A stretch of DNA of 64,000 nucleotides, taken from a virus. This document shows, one piece after another, positions 9,363-18,375 of the stretch. The stretch lies in IMG/VR virus record IMGVR_UViG_3300021373_002437, positions 1 to 64,000 of that record, one strand, 5' to 3'. The notes under the pieces are model-generated. The model saw nothing but the letters and a program-made list of their open reading frames with translations, did not search any database and had not been told where the DNA came from. The number at the start of each line of letters is the position of its first letter. Positions within the stretch are counted from its first letter, which is position 1. A program made the translations under genes and the position numbers.

Positions 9363-10760
9363 ATGCCACATACATACGATTTAATAAAGGTTAAAGATAT
9401 AACGGAACAATTGAATGAAGTTGGTCCCGGTTTTTGTATGGCTAAGTGGTACCACATTAGCATGCATCTACATACGGGACAAAATCACAGTTGTTACCAC
9501 CCAGCCCCACATAAAATTCCATTGAAAGAAGCACAGGAGAACCCTAATGTACTCCACAATACCCCATATAAGAAACAGGTTCGAAAAGAAATGTTGTCTG
9601 GTGGTAGACCCTCAGAATGTTCTTATTGTTGGGATGTAGAAGACTTGCCCGGAGACCATATTTCTGATAGAATGTTAAGGTCTTCTGAAGAATGGTCTAT
9701 ACCTAAAATTGAAGAAACTTCAAAGATGACCGGGGATGAAGATGTTTATCCTGCATATCTAGAACTGAATTTTAGTAATCGCTGCCAATTTAAGTGTAGT
9801 TACTGCGCTCCTATGGCTAGTTCTACTTGGGTTAATGAAACGGATAAGTATGGTGATTGGCCTTTGGAAAACCCGATCAATGTTAGGCAGTACCAAAACA
9901 TATCATTCCAAAATGAGGGGACTAAACATGGAGAAGAAGATTCGAACCCATATATTAAAGTCTTTTGGGATTGGTTTCCAGAAGCATATCCTCATGTACA
10001 GACACTTAGATTCACTGGTGGCGAGCCTTTATTAAGCCCCAATGTTTTCAAGGTTCTTGATTATGTTTCAGAACACCCAAACCCAGAACTTAAATTTGCT
10101 GTAAACAGTAACATGTCAGTTCCTCAGAGAAACATAGAGCGGTTCATTAATGTCACTAATGATTTGGTGCAAAATAATAAAATCAAGGGGTATGGGGTAT
10201 TCACCAGTGTAGATACGTGGGGGGCACAAGCTGAATGGATACGTAATGGATTGAACATAGAGAAATACGAAAACAATCTTCATTACTACATGCAAAACTC
10301 CGCAACCCCATATATGAGTTTTATGGTCACGTTCTGTTTGCTGGCAATTCCTAGGTTCACGGAATTTTTGGATAAAGTATTGGAATTGAGGAAGCAGTAT
10401 AACGTTTGTAATGATCAGCGCCAAAGAATAAACTTTGATACTCCATACACAGTAGAACCACCACATTTAACCGCTAGAATTGCAGATGATTGGTTTGTGG
10501 AAAGATTAGATCACAACTGTCAATACATTTTAGACAGGGTTGATGACAATGATGTGAATGCGTTTTCCATGGTAGAATATGAAAAGCTTCATCGGGTTTT
10601 GGAGTGGGTGAAGAGAAGTAGATTTGAGGGCGATGAATTGGCAATGAACCGTAGAGACTTTGCTAAATTTGTCGATGAACATGACAGGAGACGGGGCACA
10701 GACTTTCATGCTGCATTCCCTGAACTTAGAGAATTTTATGAGATGTGTAGAAAATCATGA
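9363..10760 (+). CDS. Radical SAM protein with N-terminal twitch-like domain (subfamily A)
   Basis: CMAKW...SCYHP...ECSYCW; CQFKCSYC; FTGGEP; DRRRGTDF..AFP. Confidence 0.9.
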   Translation: MPHTYDLIKVKDITEQLNEVGPGFCMAKWYHISMHLHTGQNHSCYHPAPHKIPLKEAQENPNVLHNTPYKKQVRKEMLSGGRPSECSYCWDVEDLPGDHISDRMLRSSEEWSIPKIEETSKMTGDEDVYPAYLELNFSNRCQFKCSYCAPMASSTWVNETDKYGDWPLENPINVRQYQNISFQNEGTKHGEEDSNPYIKVFWDWFPEAYPHVQTLRFTGGEPLLSPNVFKVLDYVSEHPNPELKFAVNSNMSVPQRNIERFINVTNDLVQNNKIKGYGVFTSVDTWGAQAEWIRNGLNIEKYENNLHYYMQNSATPYMSFMVTFCLLAIPRFTEFLDKVLELRKQYNVCNDQRQRINFDTPYTVEPPHLTARIADDWFVERLDHNCQYILDRVDDNDVNAFSMVEYEKLHRVLEWVKRSRFEGDELAMNRRDFAKFVDEHDRRRGTDFHAAFPELREFYEMCRKS

Positions 10761-12064
10761 AAGATGAAAAAAATGAAATTATGTGCAAAACATTCACCGA
10801 TGATGTTCAGGAGTCATTTTGTGTACTTCCCTTTGTCCACACAAACCTGAACACTGAGGGAGATGTTTACCCCTGTTGTATTTCTTGGGACGCAGAGCGT
10901 TCAAATAAAATTGGTCTTTTAAAAGATAATACTTTAGAAGAATTATTCAACGATGATAAGCTACAACAACTTCGTCGCGACTTGATATCAGGAACGCGCC
11001 GCCCCGATGTTTGTGTTCGCTGTTACACTTCTGAAGACAATGGTTTTCCTGCTGGTAGACATGGCAACAATCGTGATCTGCAGCACATGATTCCTCAAAT
11101 ATTAGAGGACTATTCTGAAACCGGATATATGCCACCGAAAATAAAAAGCTGGGATATTCGTTATAGTAATTTATGTAATTTGAAATGTAGAAGTTGTGGT
11201 GGAATATACAGCACTACATGGTCAAAAGAAGATTCTGAGTTTTATCATGGGATGGAATACCGCGAGATAAAATCATATGAAGGAAAAGACCCTCTTGAGA
11301 ACCAATATGAACACGTAGAAAAAATATATTTTGCTGGTGGTGAGCCACTTATAATGCCAGAACATTTTTCAACCCTGAAGAAGTTGATTGAAATCGATAG
11401 AGCCAAGTACGTTAGATTAGTTTATAATACTAACATGACAAAACTCAATTATGATAGGAACTACTTACCAGATTTGTGGAAAGAATTTAAAGCAGTTTCA
11501 TTGGGGTTGAGTATAGATAATTTTGGGGATAGAGCAAACTACATACGTCATGGAAATATAAAATGGAACAAAATAGAAGATAATATTAAGAAAATGTATG
11601 AATATACAACGACTCCCGGTTCTAATATGGATTACTTTTTTTCACCAACTGTGAGTTTATTGAATGTGTATACTTTAACAGATTTGCATCGCTATTTATT
11701 TGAAAATGGTATGATGGTCCACCCAGACCAAATACTTCTCAACATTTTGTATCACCCACAGGAACTTTCTATCACCATACTCCCTGACCACATAAAGGAA
11801 GAAATATCTGGCAAAATTATTGCACATATAGCGTGGTTGAATTCCTTGGACGGTACTTATGGCAATGCCAAAGGGCAATTTGAAAGTCTATTGTCCTATA
11901 TACATGAGACAATACCGAATGTGGAAGAACATGTTGAACGTTTTGTGAAAAGAACCCAAGAGATTGACCACAGAAGAAATGAATGCTTCCCAGATACCTT
12001 TCCAGAATATGCAGAATGGTGGCAAACTATTACTAAGGACAAAATTTTCGCGGTAAACATATGA
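10757..12064 (+). CDS. Radical SAM protein with N-terminal twitch-like domain (subfamily B)
   Basis: CVLPF...PCC...CVRC; CNLKCRSC; FAGGEP; DHRRNECFPDTFP. Confidence 0.9.
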   Translation: MKDEKNEIMCKTFTDDVQESFCVLPFVHTNLNTEGDVYPCCISWDAERSNKIGLLKDNTLEELFNDDKLQQLRRDLISGTRRPDVCVRCYTSEDNGFPAGRHGNNRDLQHMIPQILEDYSETGYMPPKIKSWDIRYSNLCNLKCRSCGGIYSTTWSKEDSEFYHGMEYREIKSYEGKDPLENQYEHVEKIYFAGGEPLIMPEHFSTLKKLIEIDRAKYVRLVYNTNMTKLNYDRNYLPDLWKEFKAVSLGLSIDNFGDRANYIRHGNIKWNKIEDNIKKMYEYTTTPGSNMDYFFSPTVSLLNVYTLTDLHRYLFENGMMVHPDQILLNILYHPQELSITILPDHIKEEISGKIIAHIAWLNSLDGTYGNAKGQFESLLSYIHETIPNVEEHVERFVKRTQEIDHRRNECFPDTFPEYAEWWQTITKDKIFAVNI

Positions 12065-13329
12065 AAGAACTGCCCAAAACTATATGTGCTCACCCGTGGC
12101 AACATTTACATAGTTGGCCTGATGGGAAGGCTATGTTGTGCTGTGTTGCCCATGGGGGAGATAAACACGGTGCTGTTGGTGATTTTTCGGTTAATTCATA
12201 CGAAGAAATTATGAACAGTGATAAAATGAATCAAATCCGAAAAGATTTCTTGAATGGTGAGAAACCCGTTGAGTGTAGTGCTTGTTGGAAAGCTGAAGAG
12301 TTGGGTAAAAGCAGTTTTAGGTTAGATATTGGTCTCAGCGATGAAGTAAGAGATTTGATGGAAAGAACCTCCGATAATGGAGAGCTTCCAGAAACAAAGA
12401 TGTATTACATGGATTACCGATTCAGCAATCTGTGTAACCTTGGTTGTCAAACTTGTGGTAGTCCACTTAGCAGCACAATAGCAAATAAGAGGGAGAATAA
12501 CGAGAGTGAAAATTCTATACTGAGAGACCGAGGGGTTTTATCTGAGAGGGGTACTGTTACATCATTTGTTTATGCCAGACCAGATTTCATGGAAGTTGAT
12601 GTTTATCCATATTTGGATGATTGTCGGAGTTTTTATTTTGCTGGTGGTGAACCGTTAATGCACCAAGAACATCTGGATATACTTAACTACCTAAACGACA
12701 ATAAATTATACAATAAGCACATAATGTATAGTACAAACCTGTCAATTTTATCATGGAAGGGTAACGACTTTATTGATATTTGGAAAAACTTTAGCAACTT
12801 GATGTTTTGGTGTAGTGTAGATGCACATGGCCCCGCATTAGAATATGTTAGGGAATATTCCAACCACGACACGATCTTTAAAAATTTGCAAAAGTTGTTA
12901 GATGCAAAAAAAGATCATCCCCAAATGAAGATAAATATTTGCTGTACCCACAGTGTATATAATGCATATTGTTTTCCAGAATTTATAGACTTTTTGTATG
13001 AGCAGGGATTTCTACAACTGCTGGATGATATTGAAATAAACTATGCTTTTGGAGATTTGAATTCTCCAGCAATACTTCCTAACTTCGCAAAAAAGGAACT
13101 AAAAGAGAAGAGGGCCCTTTGTAGGAACAATGAATCAATTCAATATGCAATGCAAAAATTTGATAAGTTTGAATATTACTATGACACAGTAGATTCTGTT
13201 ATAGACGAACCCAGTCAAAAAAGAGTCTGGGATGATCTGGTCTCAAAAAAATTGATAAAAGATATGAAAAAGCTTGAAAACAGCCTGCCTTGGTTGCACA
13301 GTGTTGTTGAGAGGTATAGAATTGTATGA
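12061..13329 (+). CDS. Radical SAM protein with N-terminal twitch-like domain (subfamily B)
   Basis: CAHPW...LCC...CSACW; CNLGCQTC; FAGGEP. Confidence 0.9.
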   Translation: MKELPKTICAHPWQHLHSWPDGKAMLCCVAHGGDKHGAVGDFSVNSYEEIMNSDKMNQIRKDFLNGEKPVECSACWKAEELGKSSFRLDIGLSDEVRDLMERTSDNGELPETKMYYMDYRFSNLCNLGCQTCGSPLSSTIANKRENNESENSILRDRGVLSERGTVTSFVYARPDFMEVDVYPYLDDCRSFYFAGGEPLMHQEHLDILNYLNDNKLYNKHIMYSTNLSILSWKGNDFIDIWKNFSNLMFWCSVDAHGPALEYVREYSNHDTIFKNLQKLLDAKKDHPQMKINICCTHSVYNAYCFPEFIDFLYEQGFLQLLDDIEINYAFGDLNSPAILPNFAKKELKEKRALCRNNESIQYAMQKFDKFEYYYDTVDSVIDEPSQKRVWDDLVSKKLIKDMKKLENSLPWLHSVVERYRIV

Positions 13330-14531
13330 CACATTGCATTAACGTATATAAAGGACTTAGATATACCAATAGTGGGGATGTTCAGTTTTGTTGTAAGAGT
13401 GATATGTTTCTAGATGATAAGGATGGGAACAAGGCACAAATTTATACTCACACCCTAGAAGAAGCCCAAAATGGAAATCTTGCTGTCGAAATTAGAGAAG
13501 ATTTGGAGCGGGGGGTAAAACATAAGAATTGCCAGAAATGTTGGGATGAAGAAGAAGCTGGCATTTCTAGTAAAAGAATTTTGGACAACCAAAGAGCTAT
13601 TCGATATTGGGGAGAAAGGTATTTAAATGATAAAGTGGTATCCCCAGAAATAGTTGAGTTTAATTTTGGAACTATTTGCAACCTCAAATGTAGAATATGT
13701 GGTCCGTGGTCGAGCAGTAGATGGAATTCTGAATTTTATGAGTTGCTTGCCGGGGAGGATTATCCAAAAGAACATCACGACAACCAAGTTTCTTTGTGGC
13801 AAGGTAATTGGGAAGATGATAGTCCTGCGTGGGACAATATTTCTAAAAGCATCGGCAACCTAAGACACATTGATTTCTATGGTGGCGAGCCTTTTTTGGT
13901 AGACCGCAATTGGGAAATATTGAAGCAGAATGTTGAAAATGGTAATTCCTCAAACCAATATATCCATTTCAATACGAATGGAACTCGTTATGAGGAAGAG
14001 CATATAGAAATTTTAAAGAGTTATCGTAGAATAAATATAAGTTTATCTATTGACGATATGGGGGAGCGATTTAATTATCAGAGGCATCCGGCTAACTGGG
14101 ATATAGTAAATGAAAACTTAAAGAAATTTAAAGAGCTTGAAGAAGAATTCCCCCAGTTTGAAGTTATGGTCTGTGTGACTGTTAATAATTTAAATTTGTG
14201 GTATATACCGGAATTGGTGAATTATTTTGATAGTATGGGAATACCCTATTATATAAACTATTTACACTACCCCTCCCACTATAACATATCAAATTTAAAA
14301 CAAGATGTTAAGCCTTTGGTGGCGCAAAAATATGATGAAGCCATGATGGAGATGCAATGTAATTATAGTAAAGATAATTTGAAAGCAATAATAAATTATA
14401 TGAATGTTAATATAGGCACCGCTGAACGGTGGAATGAATTTTTAAATAAAACTGAATTCAGTGATAAATATAGAAAACAAAATTTTAAAAGTGTTTTTCC
14501 TGAGTGGGCCGATGTGTTGGGGATTGTGTAA
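13326..14531 (+). CDS. Radical SAM protein with N-terminal twitch-like domain (subfamily B)
   Basis: HC...FCC...CQKCW; CNLKCRIC; FYGGEP; DKYRKQNF..VFP. Confidence 0.9.
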   Translation: MTHCINVYKGLRYTNSGDVQFCCKSDMFLDDKDGNKAQIYTHTLEEAQNGNLAVEIREDLERGVKHKNCQKCWDEEEAGISSKRILDNQRAIRYWGERYLNDKVVSPEIVEFNFGTICNLKCRICGPWSSSRWNSEFYELLAGEDYPKEHHDNQVSLWQGNWEDDSPAWDNISKSIGNLRHIDFYGGEPFLVDRNWEILKQNVENGNSSNQYIHFNTNGTRYEEEHIEILKSYRRINISLSIDDMGERFNYQRHPANWDIVNENLKKFKELEEEFPQFEVMVCVTVNNLNLWYIPELVNYFDSMGIPYYINYLHYPSHYNISNLKQDVKPLVAQKYDEAMMEMQCNYSKDNLKAIINYMNVNIGTAERWNEFLNKTEFSDKYRKQNFKSVFPEWADVLGIV

Positions 14532-15203
14532 TTGAATATAGTTATAGTTGGTGCTGGGAATGACCCGCAAAGATTTGGGGGATATTTCAAACAAGTTGCA
14601 GAAGAAGCGGAACATACTGTTTATACGTTTTCTTATAGACTTGAAACTACCGCTCTTGAGGACGTTCCAGTTATTTTTGAGTTGGATGTTTTAGATCGTA
14701 TACCAGAGGGAGAAACAATAGACTTGTTTCTATACAATTCCATTGGTGGGTTTTATCCGGGTCAACCAAAACATTATTCTTCATTGCACGATGTTAATAT
14801 GTACGAGTGGCAGAAATCTATTCTCATAAACGCAGCAATTCCACACAAACTTTCTACAATGGCTTTAAGAAAAATGGATGAAAACAGTTCTATTGTGTTT
14901 ATGACTTCTTCTGCCTCTTATTTGATAAACAGAGACAATTATTTGGAAATGGCTGGTTACTTTGGCACTAAAGGTGCTATGAATCAACTTATGCGAGCCA
15001 TGGCAGAATATAATGATAAGGGGACTACAGTATATACCATGGCACCGCACATACCATACGAAAATCCAGAACAGGCACGACTCATATTGAAAAAATTGAC
15101 CGATTACATTTTATCTATGAATAAAGAAAGTAATGGAAAAATACTACAGTGTTATCCACCAGATGGTAGAATCTGGCCCCACGAGGGAGGACAACATCCA
15201 TGA
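14532..15203 (+). CDS. Short-chain dehydrogenase/reductase (SDR)-like oxidoreductase
   Basis: N-terminal IVIVGAG...G, FMTSS, YFGTK (YxxxK catalytic motif). Confidence 0.75.
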   Translation: MNIVIVGAGNDPQRFGGYFKQVAEEAEHTVYTFSYRLETTALEDVPVIFELDVLDRIPEGETIDLFLYNSIGGFYPGQPKHYSSLHDVNMYEWQKSILINAAIPHKLSTMALRKMDENSSIVFMTSSASYLINRDNYLEMAGYFGTKGAMNQLMRAMAEYNDKGTTVYTMAPHIPYENPEQARLILKKLTDYILSMNKESNGKILQCYPPDGRIWPHEGGQHP

Positions 15204-15328
15204 AAGACGAAAAAGATGTAGGAGAAAATGAAAAAGATCAGAAAGAAGTTGAAGAAAAAAAATCTGATGAAACATTGAAAGATAAAATTGATAAGTTGAA
15301 AAAAGAAGACCCGTTTATATATGACTAA
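15200..15328 (+). CDS. 42-aa charged peptide ending KKEDPFIYD (not in the ORF track)
   Basis: MKDEKDVGENEKDQKEVEEKKSDETLKDKIDKLKKEDPFIYD*; GGAGG SD; ATGA overlap with the SDR stop and 8-nt overlap with the next start. Confidence 0.75.
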   Translation: MKDEKDVGENEKDQKEVEEKKSDETLKDKIDKLKKEDPFIYD

Positions 15329-15926
15329 TTTAAAGATAACAAAACCATTCGAGGGGTGGAAATACCACGGTGATGTTAATAAGGTTCCTTGTTGGTTCTT
15401 TGAGGGTGTTGATGTACCTGACATAGATTTCGATTCGTTAAAATGGAAGTCAAAACAGGGAGATTTTCTACAGGGGTCCGAAACCTTTGCATTGAGGTAT
15501 GAGGTCGAGGATATGTCAGACGCTTTGCAGAGAACATTAAGAGATTTGACTGTTTCTGTTATAAGCGAGATTCGTGAAAATCATTCTGAAAACATGGGAA
15601 TAGATATTTTGTATCCAATTTTTCCATGGAATCTCACTGCTAAGGTTGCTCTAAAAAAAGACATGAAAAGATTTCATATGGGAAAACATCTGGATAATAG
15701 AAATTCTAGATTTACTTTCATTATGAATTTAACTGACAATCTTGATGGCACTACTTTTCACACTGAAAATTTTGCAGAGCCATATAATGAATATGACCCT
15801 GTGTTTGGTCCCACCAAAAAAGGCAGTGGTGTTTTCTATTTCAACCATCACACATTAATACATGATATTGGACCAATAAAGTCAGAGGAACGATACATAC
15901 TTTTTCATCAACAATATATGAATTAA
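15321..15926 (+). CDS. 2OG-Fe(II) oxygenase-like protein
   Basis: HLD (HxD)...GTTF...GVFYFN..TLIH...R pattern typical of the double-stranded beta-helix fold. Confidence 0.7.
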   Translation: MTNLKITKPFEGWKYHGDVNKVPCWFFEGVDVPDIDFDSLKWKSKQGDFLQGSETFALRYEVEDMSDALQRTLRDLTVSVISEIRENHSENMGIDILYPIFPWNLTAKVALKKDMKRFHMGKHLDNRNSRFTFIMNLTDNLDGTTFHTENFAEPYNEYDPVFGPTKKGSGVFYFNHHTLIHDIGPIKSEERYILFHQQYMN

Positions 15927-15927
15927 A

Positions 15928-17361
15928 ATGATAGCTTGGGGAGTTAGTGCCGGATTTCATGATGCTGCTTTGTCCGTGGTGGACAGCAGGCAGATTCTTT
16001 TTGCCTCGCATTCGGAGCGTTACAGTAGAGAGAAAAACGATAAGAACCTACACTCGGACCTGATACAAGACGCATTACAGTTCGGTTATCCCGAAATTAT
16101 ATTCTGGTATGAAAACCCTCTTTTAAAAGCCACCAGAAGAATCTATGCTGGACAAAGTAACTGGTACACAAATCCAAAGAAGTATTTTACTGAGGCTGGC
16201 TTTGACCCCTGTTGTCATATAGAATGGGGAAACCACCATGAGAGTCATATGGCTGCTGGTCACTACACAAGCCCGTTTGGTTCTTCCGCGACTCTAGTGA
16301 TTGATGCTATTGGGGAGTGGACCACAACATCCATCTGGAAAAACAATAAGAAGATTTGGAGTGCAAACTATCCACGTTCATTGGGACTGCTTTATTCTGC
16401 CTTCACAGATAGAGTTGGACTAAAGCCCAATGAGGATGAATATATCTTGATGGGTATGGCAGCATACGGTGAGCCTAATTATCAGGACGAGATTTATGAG
16501 TTGTCCAGAACAAGAAACTTCCACCGGGGAGCGAGAGACTTCCGACCAAATCTTACCTCAGAACAAGACCTGTTTGATATTGCATGCAGCGTACAGAAAG
16601 TATATGAATCATACTTTCATGCTTTGTTGTATAAGGCTAGAGATTTGACGGGAGAAAAGAATCTTGTGTTCATGGGTGGTTGTGCTTTGAATTGTTTAGC
16701 TAACAGGATGATTCCAAGGTATTTTAAAAAATATTGGATTATGCCCAGCCCCGGTGATGCAGGTTCTTCTCTTGGAGCGGTTCTTGCAAAGACCCGAAGA
16801 TATGTTAAATTTAAATCCCCTTACCTTGGGTACAATATTGAAGGCAAGTACCCAGTCAATGCTGCACTTAAAGAGTTGATGGAAACTGGTATGGTGGGCG
16901 TGGCGAATGGTCGCGCTGAGTTTGGTCCTAGGGCATTAGGTAACAGGAGCTTACTTGCAGACCCTCGTGGTCAAGAAATGAAGGACAAGGTGAATGCAAT
17001 CAAGCAGAGGCAAGAGTTTCGTCCCTTTGCCCCAGTGATACCTCAAGAAAAGGTTTCTGAGTATTTTGATGTACCCGAAGATTTTGAATCCCCCTATATG
17101 CAGGAGGTTGTTCGCTGTAAATACCCAGACGAATTCCCAGCCATTGTACATAAAGACGGTACCAGCCGTGTACAAACTGTAACCAAAAAGCAAAATTCTG
17201 GGTTATATAGATTGCTTACTAAGTGGGAACAGGAGACTGGTTGCCCCATGCTTCTGAATACTAGTCTAAATATTAAGGGACAACCAATTGTCAACAATGA
17301 AAAGCATGCGCGTGACTTTGAGCATAAATATAACGTGAGAGTTTTTACACAAGAGACCTAA
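15928..17361 (+). CDS. O-carbamoyltransferase, NodU/CmcH family
   Basis: GFHDAA, HHESH, DAIGE, MGMAAYG, GGCALN, EFGPRALGNRS, FRPFAP, HKDGTSRVQTV, LLNTSLN. Confidence 0.95.
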   Translation: MIAWGVSAGFHDAALSVVDSRQILFASHSERYSREKNDKNLHSDLIQDALQFGYPEIIFWYENPLLKATRRIYAGQSNWYTNPKKYFTEAGFDPCCHIEWGNHHESHMAAGHYTSPFGSSATLVIDAIGEWTTTSIWKNNKKIWSANYPRSLGLLYSAFTDRVGLKPNEDEYILMGMAAYGEPNYQDEIYELSRTRNFHRGARDFRPNLTSEQDLFDIACSVQKVYESYFHALLYKARDLTGEKNLVFMGGCALNCLANRMIPRYFKKYWIMPSPGDAGSSLGAVLAKTRRYVKFKSPYLGYNIEGKYPVNAALKELMETGMVGVANGRAEFGPRALGNRSLLADPRGQEMKDKVNAIKQRQEFRPFAPVIPQEKVSEYFDVPEDFESPYMQEVVRCKYPDEFPAIVHKDGTSRVQTVTKKQNSGLYRLLTKWEQETGCPMLLNTSLNIKGQPIVNNEKHARDFEHKYNVRVFTQET

Positions 17362-17363
17362 AT

Positions 17364-17371
17364 TATAAATA
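17364..17371 (+). promoter_or_regulatory. T4-type late promoter TATAAATA
   Basis: Exact consensus in the intergenic gap before 17380. Confidence 0.75.
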
Positions 17372-17379
17372 ATCGTATC

Positions 17380-17676
17380 ATGGGTGATATACTTTTATTC
17401 AAACAAAAACCCAAGGAAAAAGAGCCGCTGCTCTTGGGTTACAAAATATCTTTCTATACTGAGGTAGAGATTGAGATAGCTTTGCTGGCTCTCAATATGT
17501 ATGGATTTGATAAGATCAGATACACCGTAGAAACAATGAAACAGTTAGACCCATTGTACATACGGGACTGCCTGCTAAAACTCAAAATGAGTGATTTGAT
17601 TTCGCGCAAAGGAAAACGTGCGATTAATGTTATTATCGATAATATGGAGGAAATACGTGATGCCAACCAAATTTAA
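17380..17676 (+). CDS. Hypothetical protein
   Basis: 98-aa ORF directly after a late promoter. Confidence 0.7.
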   Translation: MGDILLFKQKPKEKEPLLLGYKISFYTEVEIEIALLALNMYGFDKIRYTVETMKQLDPLYIRDCLLKLKMSDLISRKGKRAINVIIDNMEEIRDANQI

Positions 17677-17857
17677 ACCTAGCGTGGTTAACACCGCAAA
17701 AACTTCTAATGGGACTACCTCTCGTAAGACTCAACATTACTACATGAGTGGTATATCCACAAAAGAACTTCTAGAGACGTACCAGAAAAGTAATACTACT
17801 CCCAAGTACAAAGACAAGATTCGAAAGGAACTTGTAAAGCGCGGAGTTGAAGTCTAA
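17660..17857 (+). CDS. Small basic hypothetical protein (MPTKFKPS...)
   Basis: GGAGG SD before ATG at 17660; coupled to the next gene. Confidence 0.65.
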   Translation: MPTKFKPSVVNTAKTSNGTTSRKTQHYYMSGISTKELLETYQKSNTTPKYKDKIRKELVKRGVEV

Positions 17858-18165
17858 TGCCACTGTATACTTTTCAAGATACTGAAACTGGAGAAGTTGA
17901 CGATGTTATAATGAAGTATGAGGACAAGAAAGCCTTTCTTGCAGACAATCCTCACATAACAGAAGTCATGGGAGCACCGGCATTCGTTAAGGGTGTCGGA
18001 GATAGGACAAAGGCCCCTGAAGGGTTTAAGGAGCTTTTGTCTAAAATATCTCAAGCAAATCCTAACAGCAAGCTTGCTCAAGACTATGGTCCTAAAGATC
18101 ATAAATCGGTTAAGATTAGAGAGCTTGTACAAAAACACGCAGCTAAAGCTACAGGAGAAACATAA
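17857..18165 (+). CDS. FmdB-like small protein of T4-like phages
   Basis: MPLYTFQDTETGE...GFKELLSKI pattern. Confidence 0.6.
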   Translation: MPLYTFQDTETGEVDDVIMKYEDKKAFLADNPHITEVMGAPAFVKGVGDRTKAPEGFKELLSKISQANPNSKLAQDYGPKDHKSVKIRELVQKHAAKATGET

Positions 18166-18311
18166 TGGATTTAATACTTGCCGTATTGGTAATCAGTGCG
18201 GTTGTTGGTTATATTTGGAAACGGAAACAAGAAGGACCGAAGCCAAACACAACCACCCCACCCAATGATACGACTGCACCAGATGATGCAGAAAATTCAG
18301 ACGCTGGCTAA
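18165..18311 (+). CDS. 48-aa single-TM protein (not in the ORF track)
   Basis: MDLILAVLVISAVVGYIWKRKQEGPKPNTTTPPNDTTAPDDAENSDAG*; AGGAG SD; TAATG coupling. Confidence 0.6.
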   Translation: MDLILAVLVISAVVGYIWKRKQEGPKPNTTTPPNDTTAPDDAENSDAG

Positions 18312-18375
18312 AGGAGGACATTTACCCTATATCATGTCAACCCACTAATTTAACAAACCCACATTAGGAAGCACT

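Noticed and set aside
10757-15214. Shared MKDEK N-terminus of the rSAM at 10757 and the 42-aa peptide at 15200
   Set aside because: Probably coincidence from ATGA start/stop coupling and A-rich initiation regions; similarity ends after five residues
570-17361. Saxitoxin-like or DNA hypermodification pathway as the island's function
   Set aside because: No PKS or amidinotransferase, and no dNMP hydroxymethylase, kinase, queuosine-pathway or DNA base-transfer genes in the window; not excluded for the rest of the genome but unsupported here
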